64,000 nt of DNA from Lama guanicoe. Its lineage: Eukaryota. The stretch spans positions 2,258,485 through 2,322,484 of the forward strand of contig MU053431.1 of the NCBI GenBank assembly GCA_013239625.1, given 5' to 3'. Positions 38,721 to 53,150 of this stretch are shown one piece after another. The translations under genes and the position numbers were made by a program. Each line of letters begins with the position of its first letter. Within the stretch, counting starts at the first letter, position 1. The notes beneath the pieces are model-generated. The model did no database searches, was not told where the DNA came from, and saw nothing but the letters and a program-made list of their open reading frames with translations.

Positions 38721-40853
38721 TCCCACTCAGAGACATGCTAGGGCACCCAGGAGGAGACACACCCACAGCCACCCACGAAATGAGAAACCCTGGGGTCCCG
38801 TCACTGGAGTCTGAGGTCCCTGTTCAGACACAAAACTGTTACCACCAGGGTCACCCCAACCCCTGGAGGAGGGAGGGAAGGTGCTTCCTGCCTTCAGGGA
38901 AGGGCGCTGGGAATCCTGGGGAGACAAGGGCAGGAGAGCCAACCAATTTGCCCAGCTCAGCAGGACCCTGCAGCTCCACGGACTCATTAATTTTTCAGAG
39001 GCACCAAAAGTGCAGATTGAAGTTGCCAATCCGGTCATGGCGGGTCCTGCTTTAAATTATTCACCAGACCAGCAGAGCGGGAGAGACCTGGCCCCAGGCC
39101 CCAGGCCCCAGGTTCCAGCTTCAGGGGCCACTCGCCCTGCCTGGGCTTGGCACCAGCTCTGTGGCTTCGGAGAGGGCAGCCCCCTGGGCCCCTACGTCCT
39201 CCTTGGCAGCCCAGGCTTTCAAGCTGGGTGTGAGCACTGGTCTGTGTCCCCTGTTTGGGCCCCGACCCTGAGGCTGTACCACTGCCCCCACCCCAGGGTT
39301 CACTGTCCGGGCTCTGGTGGCCCAGCCCCTCCACCCGCCGCCCCCCCAAGGCTCGGTGGACTCCGCCCCCTACCCTGCTCCTCTGCCCCAGCCTGCGATG
39401 GGAAAGCCCGCTGGACCAAAGGGAGGGTCCCCCCACTCCAAACATTTCACCGCGCGGCCTCAGCCCGGACTCCAGGGCCCGCGCTGGGAGCTGGACAGCG
39501 GCAGGGGCAGTTGGGAGGCCACTGCGCAGTGCCAGCGAGCACCTGACCGCAGCGGCTCCTTCCACCCTCCACCTGCTCCATCCGCGCGCGCGCGTTGGGC
39601 GTCCGGGGAGCCTATGCCGGAACCTGCACCCTTGCTTCCTGCACTGCGGTTCTTAAAGTTCAGTCCAGGCACCCCAGGGCCCAAGAACCTTCCAGAAGGC
39701 CCTCAAGGTCAAAGCTGTTTTCACAGCAATACCGAGGCCTGGTCTCTGTCCAGCCTGCTCTCCCTCCTACAGTGGGGTATTCGGGGCCACGTGCTGTGTG
39801 ATCTTGTGCTTCATGCATTTCTGATTTTATTTCCTGGGCACAAAACCCATGGCTACGACCCCAGTGGTGTTTGACACTGAGGGTTTGACAACCGGCACCC
39901 GGAGTGATGAAGGGCTCAGCTGTCCCACCCAGCCCTCCCCTCCCGACTGGGGCACATCTTCCCGCTATCAGGCCCCAGATGTGGCCAGAGCCCACCCTTC
40001 CCCAGAAGCCCCTCCGGAACAGCCCAGAGACCCTGGCTTCTGCCCACCCCCATCTCTGCAGGGTACTGGTGGTAGGGGAGCTCCAACCCGGAGGTCAGCG
40101 GGAAAATCCTGGGAGAAGTGCTGTGTGTGCTGCCCCCGCGTGGACACTGGGAGCTACTGCATGTCCTCACCAGCTAGGACCCAATTTCTCCTCCGCCCCC
40201 CGCGAACTCCACTTTGAGAAAGGCACCAGGGGCGCAGCGAGGTACGGATCCCTACCAGGCAACAGAGTAGGAGCCTGTACCTTCCTGGGCCTGGCTTTAT
40301 TACTCCATCCCCAAAGGGGCCCGAGGCGCCCAGATCCTCCTGAGATACCCCACCCTCCACCGCTGTGGGGACCTCCGTCTGCTTCAGATTACGCTGGGCA
40401 CCAGGAAACGCTTCCACTTCTGTCCTCATGCCATCTTGGGAGTCCATGGGCCTGGAAGTATCTGTGCCCCCACACCAGAAACACGCCGACCAGAGGGGCG
40501 GGCAGTGTGACCCCAAGGGCAGCCCTCTGGTGGGCAGGACAGGTTGACATTGCTCTGCCCATGACATCTCGATGGTCAGAATTTGCTGGGACCAGAGAGT
40601 GAGTAAGGGTCCCCTCAGGGACCACACAGGGGGCTTCCTTGGACCCCAGCTGGTTTCACTCTTACCTTGTCTCAGGTTGGCAAGTTTCTCTGGCTTGACC
40701 CTAATTCTAACTGGGCCAAAATGTGTCAGAACAGCTTCCTGGGGCACAGCCTGTAGGATCACACCAGGTTCCTCTCACCAGCAATGGTGGCTCAAGGAGG
40801 CCCAGGACTGCCAGGGCTCCGGAGAGCTGCAGGAGGCCCCCAGTTTCCTTGGG

Positions 40854-41015
40854 TAGGGCCACCAGATAAAACACATAGTCCACTTTGAATCTCAGGTAAG
40901 CGACAAATACTTTTTCAGTGCAAATATCGTATGGGACATATTTACATTGAAAAGTTATCCACCATTTATCTGAAATCCAAATTTGACTGGGGATTCTGTG
41001 TCTGTGTTTGCTGAC
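40854..41015. mobile_element. MER53 (palindromic hAT MITE)
   Basis: ccagataaaac..tttgaatctcaggtaagcgac..atgggacata..tttatctgaaatccaaatttgactggg. Confidence 0.85.
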
Positions 41016-41304
41016 TCAAGCTGCCTTCCTTGGAGGCCTCTGTGGGTCAGCTCCGACCCTTCCTGGCTACCAGCACGACCCTGGGAAGGGCGTCCTGACC
41101 CACTTTCTGCCTGGCCAATTCAGCTGTCCTTTTCCTGGTCCTCTCCCTGCGTGCAGCCCATCCCCACTCCAAGAGGCCCGTCCCCACTTTGGGACTGGGT
41201 GGGGAGACACCAGCAGCCCCTCCATGGGCTTAACCCTGAACCACGTGCACCCTCCTCTCCTGGCTGGCCCCTTGTTTGCCTGCACAACTCCCATCCCCAC
41301 CTAG

Positions 41305-41742
41305 TGTGGTGAGCTGGTTATGCTCCCAAAGACTTCAGGCCCAACCCTGGAACCTGTGACATGTGGCAAGAAAGTGTTTTGCAGAAGTGACTGAATCAAG
41401 GGTCTTGAGATGAGATTATCTGGGATTGGTCAGGTGGGCCCTCGGTGCCCTCATATCTGTCCTTGTAGGAGGGAGGCAGAGGAGACTTGACCCAGAGAAC
41501 AGGAGGCCATGGGACCATGCAGACAGATTAGGGGCATGCGGTCACAGGCCAAGGAAGCTTAGCAACCACCAGAAGCTGCAGGAGACATGGGATGGACCCT
41601 TCCCGAGAGCCAGTGCAGGGCGCGGGCCTGCCCACACTGGATCTAGTCCCAGTGGTGCTGACTGTGGACTGAGAGTTCATTGCTGCTGTGTTAAGCTGCC
41701 AGCTTGAGGTCCATTTGCTGCCGCAGCCCCAGGGGTCTCACA
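41305..41742 (+). mobile_element. Solo MLT1 (C/D-like) LTR
   Basis: TG..CA ends, both flanked by CTAG (41301-41304, 41743-41746); ggaacctgtga..ggtgggccct..gccaaggaa..caccagaagctg. Confidence 0.85.
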
Positions 41743-42166
41743 CTAGGGTGCCCTGCGATTGGCCCAGTGCTCACCCTGGAGGGGAGCCTGCACCCTGCAG
41801 CCCAGTTCCCGCTGAAGGCAGACAAGTCTGCACTGTGCACACTGTCAGGGAATCTGCTCACCCCCACCCTGAGCTCGGTCTGCAGCACCAACACCTGGCA
41901 CAGTCTGGCTGTGTTCTGGGAGCAGAAGTGGCTGAGATGGGAGTGGTCCTGCTGCTCCACCCCCTACTCCCACCCCCACACCCTGTGCTCACTGACCAAG
42001 GTCAGGGCTTGCTCTGGGGTTCCTGGGGCTGGAGTTCCTGGGTGTGCCAAGGGCCCCGATGCGAAGCAGGATGGATAGGAAGCTGTCTCCAGCCACAAGT
42101 GACCGGCTGGCAAGGACAGTAAGACAGGGCTTCCAAGGGCGTGGGAGCTGGAAAATCTGGGTTTTC

Positions 42167-42190
42167 TGTGTGTGTGTGTGTGTGAGTGAG
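42167..42190. repeat. (TG)n microsatellite
   Basis: ctgtgtgtgtgtgtgtgtgagtgag. Confidence 0.9.
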
Positions 42191-42555
42191 ACAATCACGC
42201 GTGGGGGAGGAGCCCTCAGCCCATCTGTCCTTGGAGAGAGCCCAAGAACACTCAACCCCCTTCTGCGGGTCCGAAGTGGCTTTGTCCTGGAAGCCCCCAC
42301 AGGGGGAACGCCAAAGCCCCCTCACCAGCTGGACTCGGGATCCAGCGCCCCACGGCCCACCCCAGGTAGCCCAGGAGGACACTGGTCAAGGCGCCGGCAG
42401 GGCTGGTGGACCCCGGGCGGGACGCCGAGCGGGGAGAGGCCACCAGCTTGGTCGGGGACCTGGAAGGGGCCCTAACAAGCACCCTCCTGCAGGACAGGCC
42501 GCCCCGCCCCACCCCACCCCCAGCAGCAGGCGCACACGGCTCCGGGGTCGCTCAG

Positions 42556-42561
42556 TTTATT
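42556..42561 (-). terminator. EEF1A2: EEF1A2 polyadenylation signal AATAAA (3' UTR about 42540-42814)
   Basis: tttatt on the plus strand 254 nt past the stop codon, followed on the minus strand by GU-rich and G-rich tracts. Confidence 0.9.
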
Positions 42562-42814
42562 GGTAAAACGGGCACTGAGCGTGGTGAAGGCTGGACGCGG
42601 AAGCCGGGGCGGCAGGGGCGCTTTTCCTCTTAAAGAACTTCCACTGGACCTTGATGGCGAGCAGACAGTCGCTGACGGAGAGCCTCTTACAAGCGGAGGT
42701 GCAGACATGCGCCTGGAGGGGGGGCGGGGCTCCGGGGCCGCGCCGGGGGTGGGGCCGGGGGCGGGGGCGGGGCGCGGCGCCGCCGGGGAGGGTCGCGCCG
42801 CGGGCGCCCGTGCT

Positions 42815-42991
<177 letters not shown>

Positions 42992-43064
42992 CTAGCGCCC
43001 GCAGCATCCGCCCCAATCCCTGCGCCGGTTTGGGGTGGGGGGAGGGGCAGTGGAGTGGGAAGCT

Positions 43065-43365
43065 CCCGTCTCCTAACTTCGGTGGCAGGAATGACTCACA
43101 TAGAACTCGGCCAAGGCCTTGTTGTGAGAATTAAATGGCATGTGACCCGTCCTTAGAACATGCCTGGCACCGAATGTGCCCTTTTAGCTATTTTAACAAT
43201 GGCCAGCAACCTTGCATAAGGCAGCCCTCCAATATAGATCTGTGGGTCATCCTGTGGGTATCTGGGGCGGGCCAGCTGGAGGTGGGTGGTTAGTCCTAAC
43301 TCTGCTACTAGACTAGCTGTGGACCTTGGGCAAGTCACTTAGGGGCCTTCATCTGCAGAGAGGGA
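43065..43365 (+). mobile_element. Two MIR fragments in EEF1A2 intron 7
   Basis: ttgttgtgagaattaaatg..cttagaacatgcctggcac and ctctgctact..tagctgtggaccttgggcaagtcactta. Confidence 0.75.
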
Positions 43366-43445
43366 CACCATCCCAGACCTGCCCAGTGGAGCCACCTGTG
43401 CTTCTGGAGACAAAGACCAAGGCTGGGGGCTTCTGCTAAGCTTTA

Positions 43446-43913
<468 letters not shown>

Positions 43914-44133
43914 TCAGGCTGGGGGGGGGACCCAGGCCCCCAGACCTGGACTTATGATCCTCATCAAGCCCCTGAAAAGCCACAAGAGACAGACAAGGAC
44001 AAAGGCGCTGGTGATAAGACTGGACCTTGGTGACCATCTTTCAGTTGTATCAGTAAAGCCAATTTTAAAAATTGTAGTCATGTACGAGGTGACCAAAGAG
44101 GGCATAGTGAAAATGTAGAGAATAAGAACATCA

Positions 44134-44814
<681 letters not shown>

Positions 44815-45489
44815 CTAGGAGAAGAAGGGACTGAGGTAGCAAGTTCCCAGAACATAAGGAAAACAGGCAAGGGGAGGCAGTCTGGAAGGGCCCCACCCTG
44901 CCCCTGGGTGGCAGCAGTCCCCAAGGAGGCACTGGGGGGTGGACCCTGCCTGTGGGCAGCAACATTGAGCGGGCCCCACTGGGGTGGCCCAGCTGGCCCC
45001 AGTGCTGCGGTCTTGGGGGTCTCGGGGCCAGTCCTGAAGGGCACGGGCGCCCAACACTTGCCACAGTCTGCTTACCCTGCAAGGCTACTCAGTAGGTGTC
45101 TGGTGCCCCCCAGAGCAGGGGATGGGGGCTCCACCCTGGCCTCCTGGGCTGTGACAGAGGCTCACGTGGCCTCACGGAGACTGAGGTTGGTGGCTGTTCT
45201 CTGTGCTGGGTGAGCGTGATACCTGCACCCTGCACACAGGCCCCCAACATCTCTTACCATAGCCGCCTGGCCAGGAGCCCCTATTGCCACCCCTCACTGG
45301 CCTCATACTGATTCATGGTTTCTGTACCATTTCACAAACAGCTTTTCCCATCCCTGGAAGAGACCTTGTCTCCCACAAGACCAAAACCTCCAGGTGAAGG
45401 GCAACATGTGACTGACCCCATGCCAAGGTCCTGGCTGAGGGCTGGGCACTTCTCTGGAGGGAGGAAGATCCTGGCAAATATGAGATGGA

Positions 45490-45625
45490 CTGCTGAGTGG
45501 GTGGGGGTAGGTGGGCGGATGAATGGACAGGTGGATGGACACATGGACAAATGGATACTGGATAGGTTGGGGTGAGGTGGACCGGTGGACAGATAGATGG
45601 GTGGATGGAGATGGGGGTAGATGGT
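45490..45625. repeat. Degenerate (TGGA)n tract in EEF1A2 intron 5
   Basis: ggatgaatggacaggtggatggacacatggacaaatggat..gatagatgggtggatgga. Confidence 0.8.
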
Positions 45626-45755
45626 CCCCCAGAGAGTGTGCAGCAGAAGGGAGAGGCAGAGATAACCCGGCCATGGATGGTCCTTGTCAGGGGCCTGTCC
45701 TCAGGAGGAGGTCTGAGGGTGGAGCTGGTGGGATGGGCAGATCATGGTGCCCTCA

Positions 45756-45968
<213 letters not shown>

Positions 45969-46717
45969 CTATGTGAGATCCAGTGAGGGGAGTGCCATCC
46001 ACAGCACCAAACACGCTGCCCAGCCAGACCCAGGAGCCCCCGACCACAGAGTTCCAGAGCTAGGTCTCCCCTGGCTTCCCTGAAGTCCCCTCCATGTCCG
46101 CCTCCCTCAGTGTGGGCAGCTGCAGCCTGACCAGGATGAGCCCACCCTGCCGGGCCAGGGGTGTCCTCTGGCTTGGCTGTGCGAGGCACTGGGTCCTGGG
46201 CTCCACACATTCATAACAACCAGGCTCCACTCCTCACTCCCTGTTGAGTCAGAGTCCCTGGGACACGGGCTGCCAGGGCCCCCAGCTTCCTGGCTGACTA
46301 GCAGAGAGCCTGACCTGCTCCAGGCCTCGGGGTGGTACCTGGGAGCCCTCTAGGCCCTGGCTCCCATGGAAGATGAAAACTAACCCCACCACACAGGTGT
46401 CCCAGAGATGTGGCAGGTGGGCCTGGGCCACTGCCCACACAGTGTCTGCTGGGGGGGTGTTGTCCCTGGCCAGAGAAGGGGCTGTGGAGGCAGCCTCATG
46501 AGGAGGCTGGACTGAGGGGCAGAGGCTGGGGCTCCCCACCAGCGCAGACACCCACCGGGGCTGGCACCACGCTAGTACAGACCCAGGGAGCCAGATAGAG
46601 TCGAAGGGAGCCCAGGGACGGCCCTCCGACCTCCCGCTCCTGCTGTCTGTGCCACACCCTGACCCAGGGTCGTCGGTGAGGGGTCTGAGCAGCCCCTGCC
46701 CCCCGCCGGGCACTCAC

Positions 46718-47014
46718 GTTGGGCGAGGGCTCCAGCATGTTGTCACCATGCCAGCCGGAGATGGGCACGAAGGGCACGGTGGCCGGGTTGTAGCCGATCT
46801 TCTTGATGTAGGCGCTGACCTCCTTGACGATCTCATCGTAGCGCTTCTCACTGTAGGCAGGCTCCGTCGAGTCCATCTTGTTGACCCCCACGATCAGCTG
46901 CTTCACGCCCAGCGTGTAGGCCAGCAGTGCGTGCTCCCGGGTCTGCCCGTTCTTGGAGATGCCGGCCTCGAACTCTCCCACTCCCGCCGCCACGATCAGC
47001 ACAGCGCAGTCCGC
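46718..47014 (-). CDS. EEF1A2: EEF1A2 exon 4 (297 nt): [28 protein letters not shown]
   Basis: G4 motif NKMD; cag| and |gtgagt. Confidence 0.99.
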
Positions 47015-47404
47015 CTGCCGCAGGTCCCGTAGGGTGAGCCCAGCCCCGCCCCGTGCCCAGGCCTAGGCCCCCGGGGCAGCAGGCGGCGGGCTGGGCAGTC
47101 GCCCTGGGGTAGAACCTGGGGTCTTGCCCTCAGGGGCAGTGTCTGTCTGTCTATGAATTCCTGGCAATGTCGGATTGTCGAGGACCGTCTGTGTGCATTT
47201 CTGCCCACATTTGCAGTGTCCCCATCCTGGCCTGTGTCCGTGTGTCTGTGAAGGTGGCCCTGACAGTGGCCGGTTGTCCTTACAGGCATCCTCACTGGGC
47301 TGAGATGCCAGGAGACTTAATTAGTTCTTGGTGGGGGGCAGTGGTGACAAAGGTGAGAGGTCTCAAGCTCTGGCGAGGACGCAGAGGAGACCCAACTATC
47401 CTCA

Positions 47405-47710
<306 letters not shown>

Positions 47711-47901
47711 TCAGGACGGGACCCGGACAATGCTGGCCCGGCCAGCGGGTCCCCCTGGGCCGTGGGAGCAGCATGTCACCGCGGAGAAGCCCCTCTGTCC
47801 TGCTGGGACCCTGGGACTCTGGACCCATCTCTGGAACGGGGCATACCCATGCCCCGCTGGGCCAGCCTCCGCCGCCTAAACGGGCGCCATTCGAGCGTCC
47901 A

Positions 47902-47915
47902 CCAGCAGGTGGCGC
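47902..47915 (+). promoter_or_regulatory. CTCF motif in EEF1A2 intron 2
   Basis: CCAGCAGGTGGCGC is a full match to CCASYAGRKGGCRS, in a local CpG cluster. Confidence 0.6.
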
Positions 47916-48807
47916 AAGGGCCTGGGAGCCACTCTCGGAGAGAAGCCGCCAGGCGGTTTCGACCCCTCCCCCACTGCCGAGGGCTCCCCTTTATCTGAAG
48001 CCAGCCCCCCCACCCCTGTGTCGGCTGACGACACCACTGGGTTTCAGACTGTCCAACCAAAAAACCCCTCTGTGATTTTTTTTTTAAGGGAAAAAGAAAG
48101 ACATGGGATGAGGCTGCAAGGAGGGGCCTGGCTTTCCAGCTCTTTCTGCAGCCCCTAAAGCGCCCGAGTGGCGCCGAGGCGCCTCCTCCCTTCCCTGCCC
48201 AACCTGAGCAGGGGAAGCAAGGCCTGGGCTGCCCTCTGCCAACACCTGTGCCCAGAGCCCACGAGACCCCAATGCCCAGGGCCAGGGCTGCAGTCAGGGC
48301 AGCAGCTGTGGTCACTGCCCAGCTGGACAGGGCTCTGCCCTCTAAGGAGGCTCTGCAGCCAGGGCCCAGCTGGACCTGAACCAGACACCCTGCTAACACC
48401 CTCAGCGCCCCTCAACACCAGCCCCGCAAGGAAGGGGAGACGTAGCTATGGGCCCAGGAGCACCCCCACCCCCTCCGCAAGGCTCAGCCCAGGCCAGCCA
48501 CTGCCCCCTCCTGAGCCCTGACCCCAGCCCTGCCATCATCCAGGTGAGAGCCCTCACAGCTCCCCTGGACGGGCCTTCTCCTATGAAGGGACACAGAGAG
48601 CAGATCCCCACTCCGTGGACACTTCCCACAATGGATCTCGGCCATGTGAGAGGACCGGCTTCAAGAGAGGGAGGTCAGCCAGTAGGGCCCTCTTATCCTC
48701 ACCAGGCGACCAAGACGCTGCCCTCCAAGGGCGCCATCCTGGATAAACAGCCTGCCCCCACCCGGCATGGGGAAGTGGAGCTGATGGGCTGGGTGCCCAT
48801 CGGTCAG

Positions 48808-49398
<591 letters not shown>

Positions 49399-50329
49399 TT
49401 AGTGAGGGTGGAAGAGCCTCCCGAGCCTGTGCTTGGCCAAGCAGAGCCCGGTGGCAAGCCCAGACAGTCCAACTGCCCGCAGAGATACCCCTCCACGAAA
49501 GAAATTCACCCCCATCTGGAGGGACCGAGAAACACCCGGCTGGGTGAGCCCCATGACCAGTCAGGAGCCTGCTGATGAGTCACCCTGCCCTGTCCCCAGG
49601 ACTTGCTCCCCCACCCGGAGTCCTGGGCCAGGACACTGCACCCCCACCCACCCCCCCCCCACCCCACCCCCACCCGCAGAGCTGCCACCAAGGAGAGACG
49701 GTCAGCGTTTCCCACTCCCCATCCCGAGCAGGGACAGCGCCATCTTCCTCTCATCCCTGCCCGGCTGGCTGGCACCAGGGGAGACAGGCTGGATCAGAGC
49801 TCAGGCACGGTGATGCGATGCCCAGATCAGGGGCCCAGAATAGCTCAGGCCCTCCCGGGATCTGGACGGGGGCAGACAGTAGGGCGGGGGGGGGTCTCTG
49901 CTCTGTCCAGAGGAGGGAGAATCTGGCCCCAACAGCCAAGCTCAGCAGACGCCAGACAGATGCCTCAGCCTGGTGGAATAAGGGGCCATCCCCTCCTCCT
50001 TCCCTCTGGTCACAGGGTCACAGCCCCTGCCCCATTCTGGAGGTTAGTGAAGAAACCTAGGCAGGCCAGGAGGGGACAGGTGGCTGGGGGAGGGAAAGAG
50101 AGCGAAAACCGTGCACCCTAGGGTGGGGACACTGGGTGGACATGCCGGCATGGCAGGGGGCAGGGTGGCAAGGACCCCTCAGGTCTCACTGCCTCCCTCT
50201 TCCCACTCCGTCGACAGGGCACCCCCAGCGCCCACCTTTACCAGCCCCAGCGCTGACGACCCTGCCCCAACCCCGCAGGGCCCCAGGTGGTCCCAAGGTC
50301 ACAGCTCCAGGGTGATCGCAGCAGCCCAG

Positions 50330-50900
50330 GAGACCAGCCCCCGCGGCAGCTGCCGCGTAAATAAGCGCCCTCGCTGTGCCCCTACCCCACGCCCGGGGAC
50401 TGACCGCCCGCGCCGGGTCCGGGAGTGCGAGGCCGGCGGCCGATCTCCGCGGTGAGCAGCGCAGCCTCGCCAGGCGCCGAGCCTGGCCCCTCTCTGCCCC
50501 TAGGGCCAGTCCCCAGGGAAAGGACCCTCTGCGGAAAGCTGGGCGCGGGGGCGGGGACCCGGAGGCCCAGCGTCCTTACCCAGAGCCGAGGTCTCAGCCA
50601 GAGGGACTGGCAGCACCGGCGCCGGCGGTTTTATCTCTCCAGGAGGGGGTCCACCTATTGACGGAGCAGGCGCAATGCACTGCGCCCCTGCAGTACGGCA
50701 ATGCGGTACCCGCGCGGGCGGGGCCGGGGGGCGGGGACGCAGGGATGCAGGGATGCAGGGATGCAGGGAAGGCGGCCCGCGGACGCTTGCGAGAGCGGCA
50801 GGGGCGTGAGAAGGGGATGCGGCGAGGGAGCGAGCTACAGAGGCAGAGAAGAGCCCCCGAGGAAGGGCGGCGCGTGGAGACAAACACCCGCGGAGGCAGG
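50330..50900 (-). promoter_or_regulatory. EEF1A2: EEF1A2 CpG-island promoter
   Basis: CpG-dense; GATAAAA at 50635-50629 about 25-30 nt upstream of exon 1; GC boxes 50715-50736; (GCAGGGAT) about x4 at 50739-50769. Confidence 0.85.
50580..50607 (-). other. EEF1A2: EEF1A2 non-coding exon 1 (5' end approximate)
   Basis: CAGTCCCTCTGGCTGAGACCTCGGCTCTGG|gtaagg: strong donor, resembles the recalled mammalian EEF1A2 5' UTR start. Confidence 0.8.
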
Positions 50901-52879
50901 GGAGGGGTGGGGACCCGGAGAGGGAGACAGAGGGAGGGAGGGGCGGAGATGGAGAGAGGCACCGGAGAGACACACAGCCAGAGGCAGAGGACAGATAAAG
51001 CGGAGACTGAGGCACCAGGCTCAGGCGCGTGGAGACAGGAGCAGTGGGCCCCACACAAGACAGAAAGACATTTTAATCATAAAAGGAGGCCCAAGGATGA
51101 GGCTGGTCCAGGGAGGGGGCAGGTGGGGCAGGGGAAGAACCGGTCAGGTCTGGGAGGGGGTTGCTGAGGTCGGGGGTCTGGACAGCTGTCCTGCCTGCGT
51201 CTCCCAGGGCCAGGGCTGGCCCTGCATGTCCTTGGTGCCTAATTTTCAAATGGAGCTGTGTTCTGAGACTTCTCCCGGAGGTGGCCTGGGGGTTCAGGCC
51301 ATCCTGGTGAGACCCCAGAATCAGCTTGTTTCCAGCACCCCTGCCTCAACGTACCTGCCGCACGGGCTCACCTCAACAGGCCCTCAAAGCCAGGTTCTCC
51401 CTATCTGCCCCATGATTTGGCCCTGAACAGGGACCTCCAGGGTCCCCTCAGCTGGCCACGTGGCCTGAGGCGCCATCAGCAGGCCCAGTCAGACCACCTC
51501 CCTCAGAGGCCCCTGGAAAGAACTGTTTTCCACCCGGGGCCCCCCTGAGTGCAGGGAATACTTTAAGTCCACCCCGAGGGCCCACCGAAGTCTTCAAGGG
51601 CTGCGCTAGTCTGCACGCATAGGCGAGGGTTCCCAGGGAAGCAGAGTTTGCCAGTGAAACAATCAGTTCCCAGATAGAGTTCCAGGCTGTGGCCCCTCGG
51701 CCTCCCTCACTCCTGGCCCTGGTGGGGTCACAGTGCCGAACCACAGCCAGTCTGTCAGAAGTGCGATGGTCACTGAGGATCCTGGTCATACCAGCGTAGT
51801 GGCCAAAACAGACCTTGAGGAGGGGAATGGGGTAGCGAAGACCAAGGTTGTGGGCCTCTACCAGGGACCTCTGATCTTGTCAGTTCACCCATGACTGCAT
51901 CTCCCCGTGGCCACCCCTCCTGTCTGCCTCAGATGCGGAGGACGCTTGCATCTTTTCCAGCTTTGTAACCACAGGGTCCAGGAGAGGGTTAGGCAGGGTT
52001 TAAAAAAATGTGTGTTGAGTGGGTGAGAGCGGAGGCCTTGTGCCTAGCACCTTCTGATGGGCAGTGCCCATGGAGAGCCCCAGAGATGGGACCTCCACCA
52101 GGTCAGCAGGTAAAGACGGGCCCGGGGCAGTCGCTGGGGCCGAGCAGGTCTCCCCAGCCCATGGGGAGGGTCTCTCAGGGAGGGGAGGGGCCCTCCTTCC
52201 GGACTGTCCCAGAGTCTGCCTCACAGAACAGGCAGGGAGCAGCTTGCAAGGACCCAGCCCTTCCAAGTGCTGCTGATACCACCAAACGGGAGCCAGGGAT
52301 TAAAAATAAACGCCTGCAGAGAAGGCGTGACCCGCCCCACCCTGCCCAGCTGGCCTCTATATTTACCACGTCCCCTCTTGCTGAAGGTTAGGCAGGATTT
52401 GGGAGTTGCTGTGACTGGCTGAGGCTGGGATGGGACAGACCAAGAGGGCAGGAGGCCTGGGTCCCTGTGGATGCCACCCCAACTCCCCCCAAGGGACCAC
52501 CAGCTGCCTGCAGCCTCAGAGGGTGTCTATCAGACACCCCCTACACAGGTCTGAGCCTCGCCTCTCCACCCCCTCACCCACAGCTGGCAGTTGGCAGGAA
52601 TCAAACCGCAGTGGGGTGCCCGTGCCAGGGGCTAGTCTGTGCTGGGAGGCCCGGCTGCCCAGAGCAGTGGCCACTGCTGGTGGAATGCAGTGTACTCCCT
52701 CGCTGGCCCTGGCAAGGGGTCTCCAGTGGTTTCTCCAAAGGGCCTCTGTGTCCCCAGGACGTGCCCATCAGCTGGACTGCCTCCGGGGCCCCGGGAGTCC
52801 AGGCCGCTGGGCCATCTGGAGACACTTGGGCTCATGCAGGCAGTGAGACTAAGGAAGGTATGATGCTAAATACTGACAC

Positions 52880-53150
52880 ACCAGCAGTGCTCACCTACTA
52901 ACCGAGGCATGGCACAAGTAACTGGTCAGCAGCTCCTAACCACTGCGTCATATAAATAACTAGCAGGCAGCTGCCACCACTGCGTGGTGCAAATAACTGC
53001 TAAACAGCTACTAACTACGAAGTAGCACTTGATGTCTACTAGCGACTGATTCGTACTTAGTAACTAGTGAATAGTACTAACTTACTGCTAGTCACTAACT
53101 AGTACTGAATAACTACTAACTACTAAGCAATACCGCTTACTGCGTCAGGT
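52880..53150. repeat. AT-rich degenerate tandem array (about 38-bp period decaying into ACTA/TAAC repeats)
   Basis: gcagctcctaaccactgcgtcatataaataactagcag / gcagctgccaccactgcgtggtgcaaataactgctaa / acagctactaactacgaagtagcac..; multiple TACTAAC. Confidence 0.75.

Noticed and set aside
52880-53150. CRISPR-like repeat-spacer array
   Set aside because: Mammalian DNA, degenerate tandem units with no unique spacers and no cas genes.
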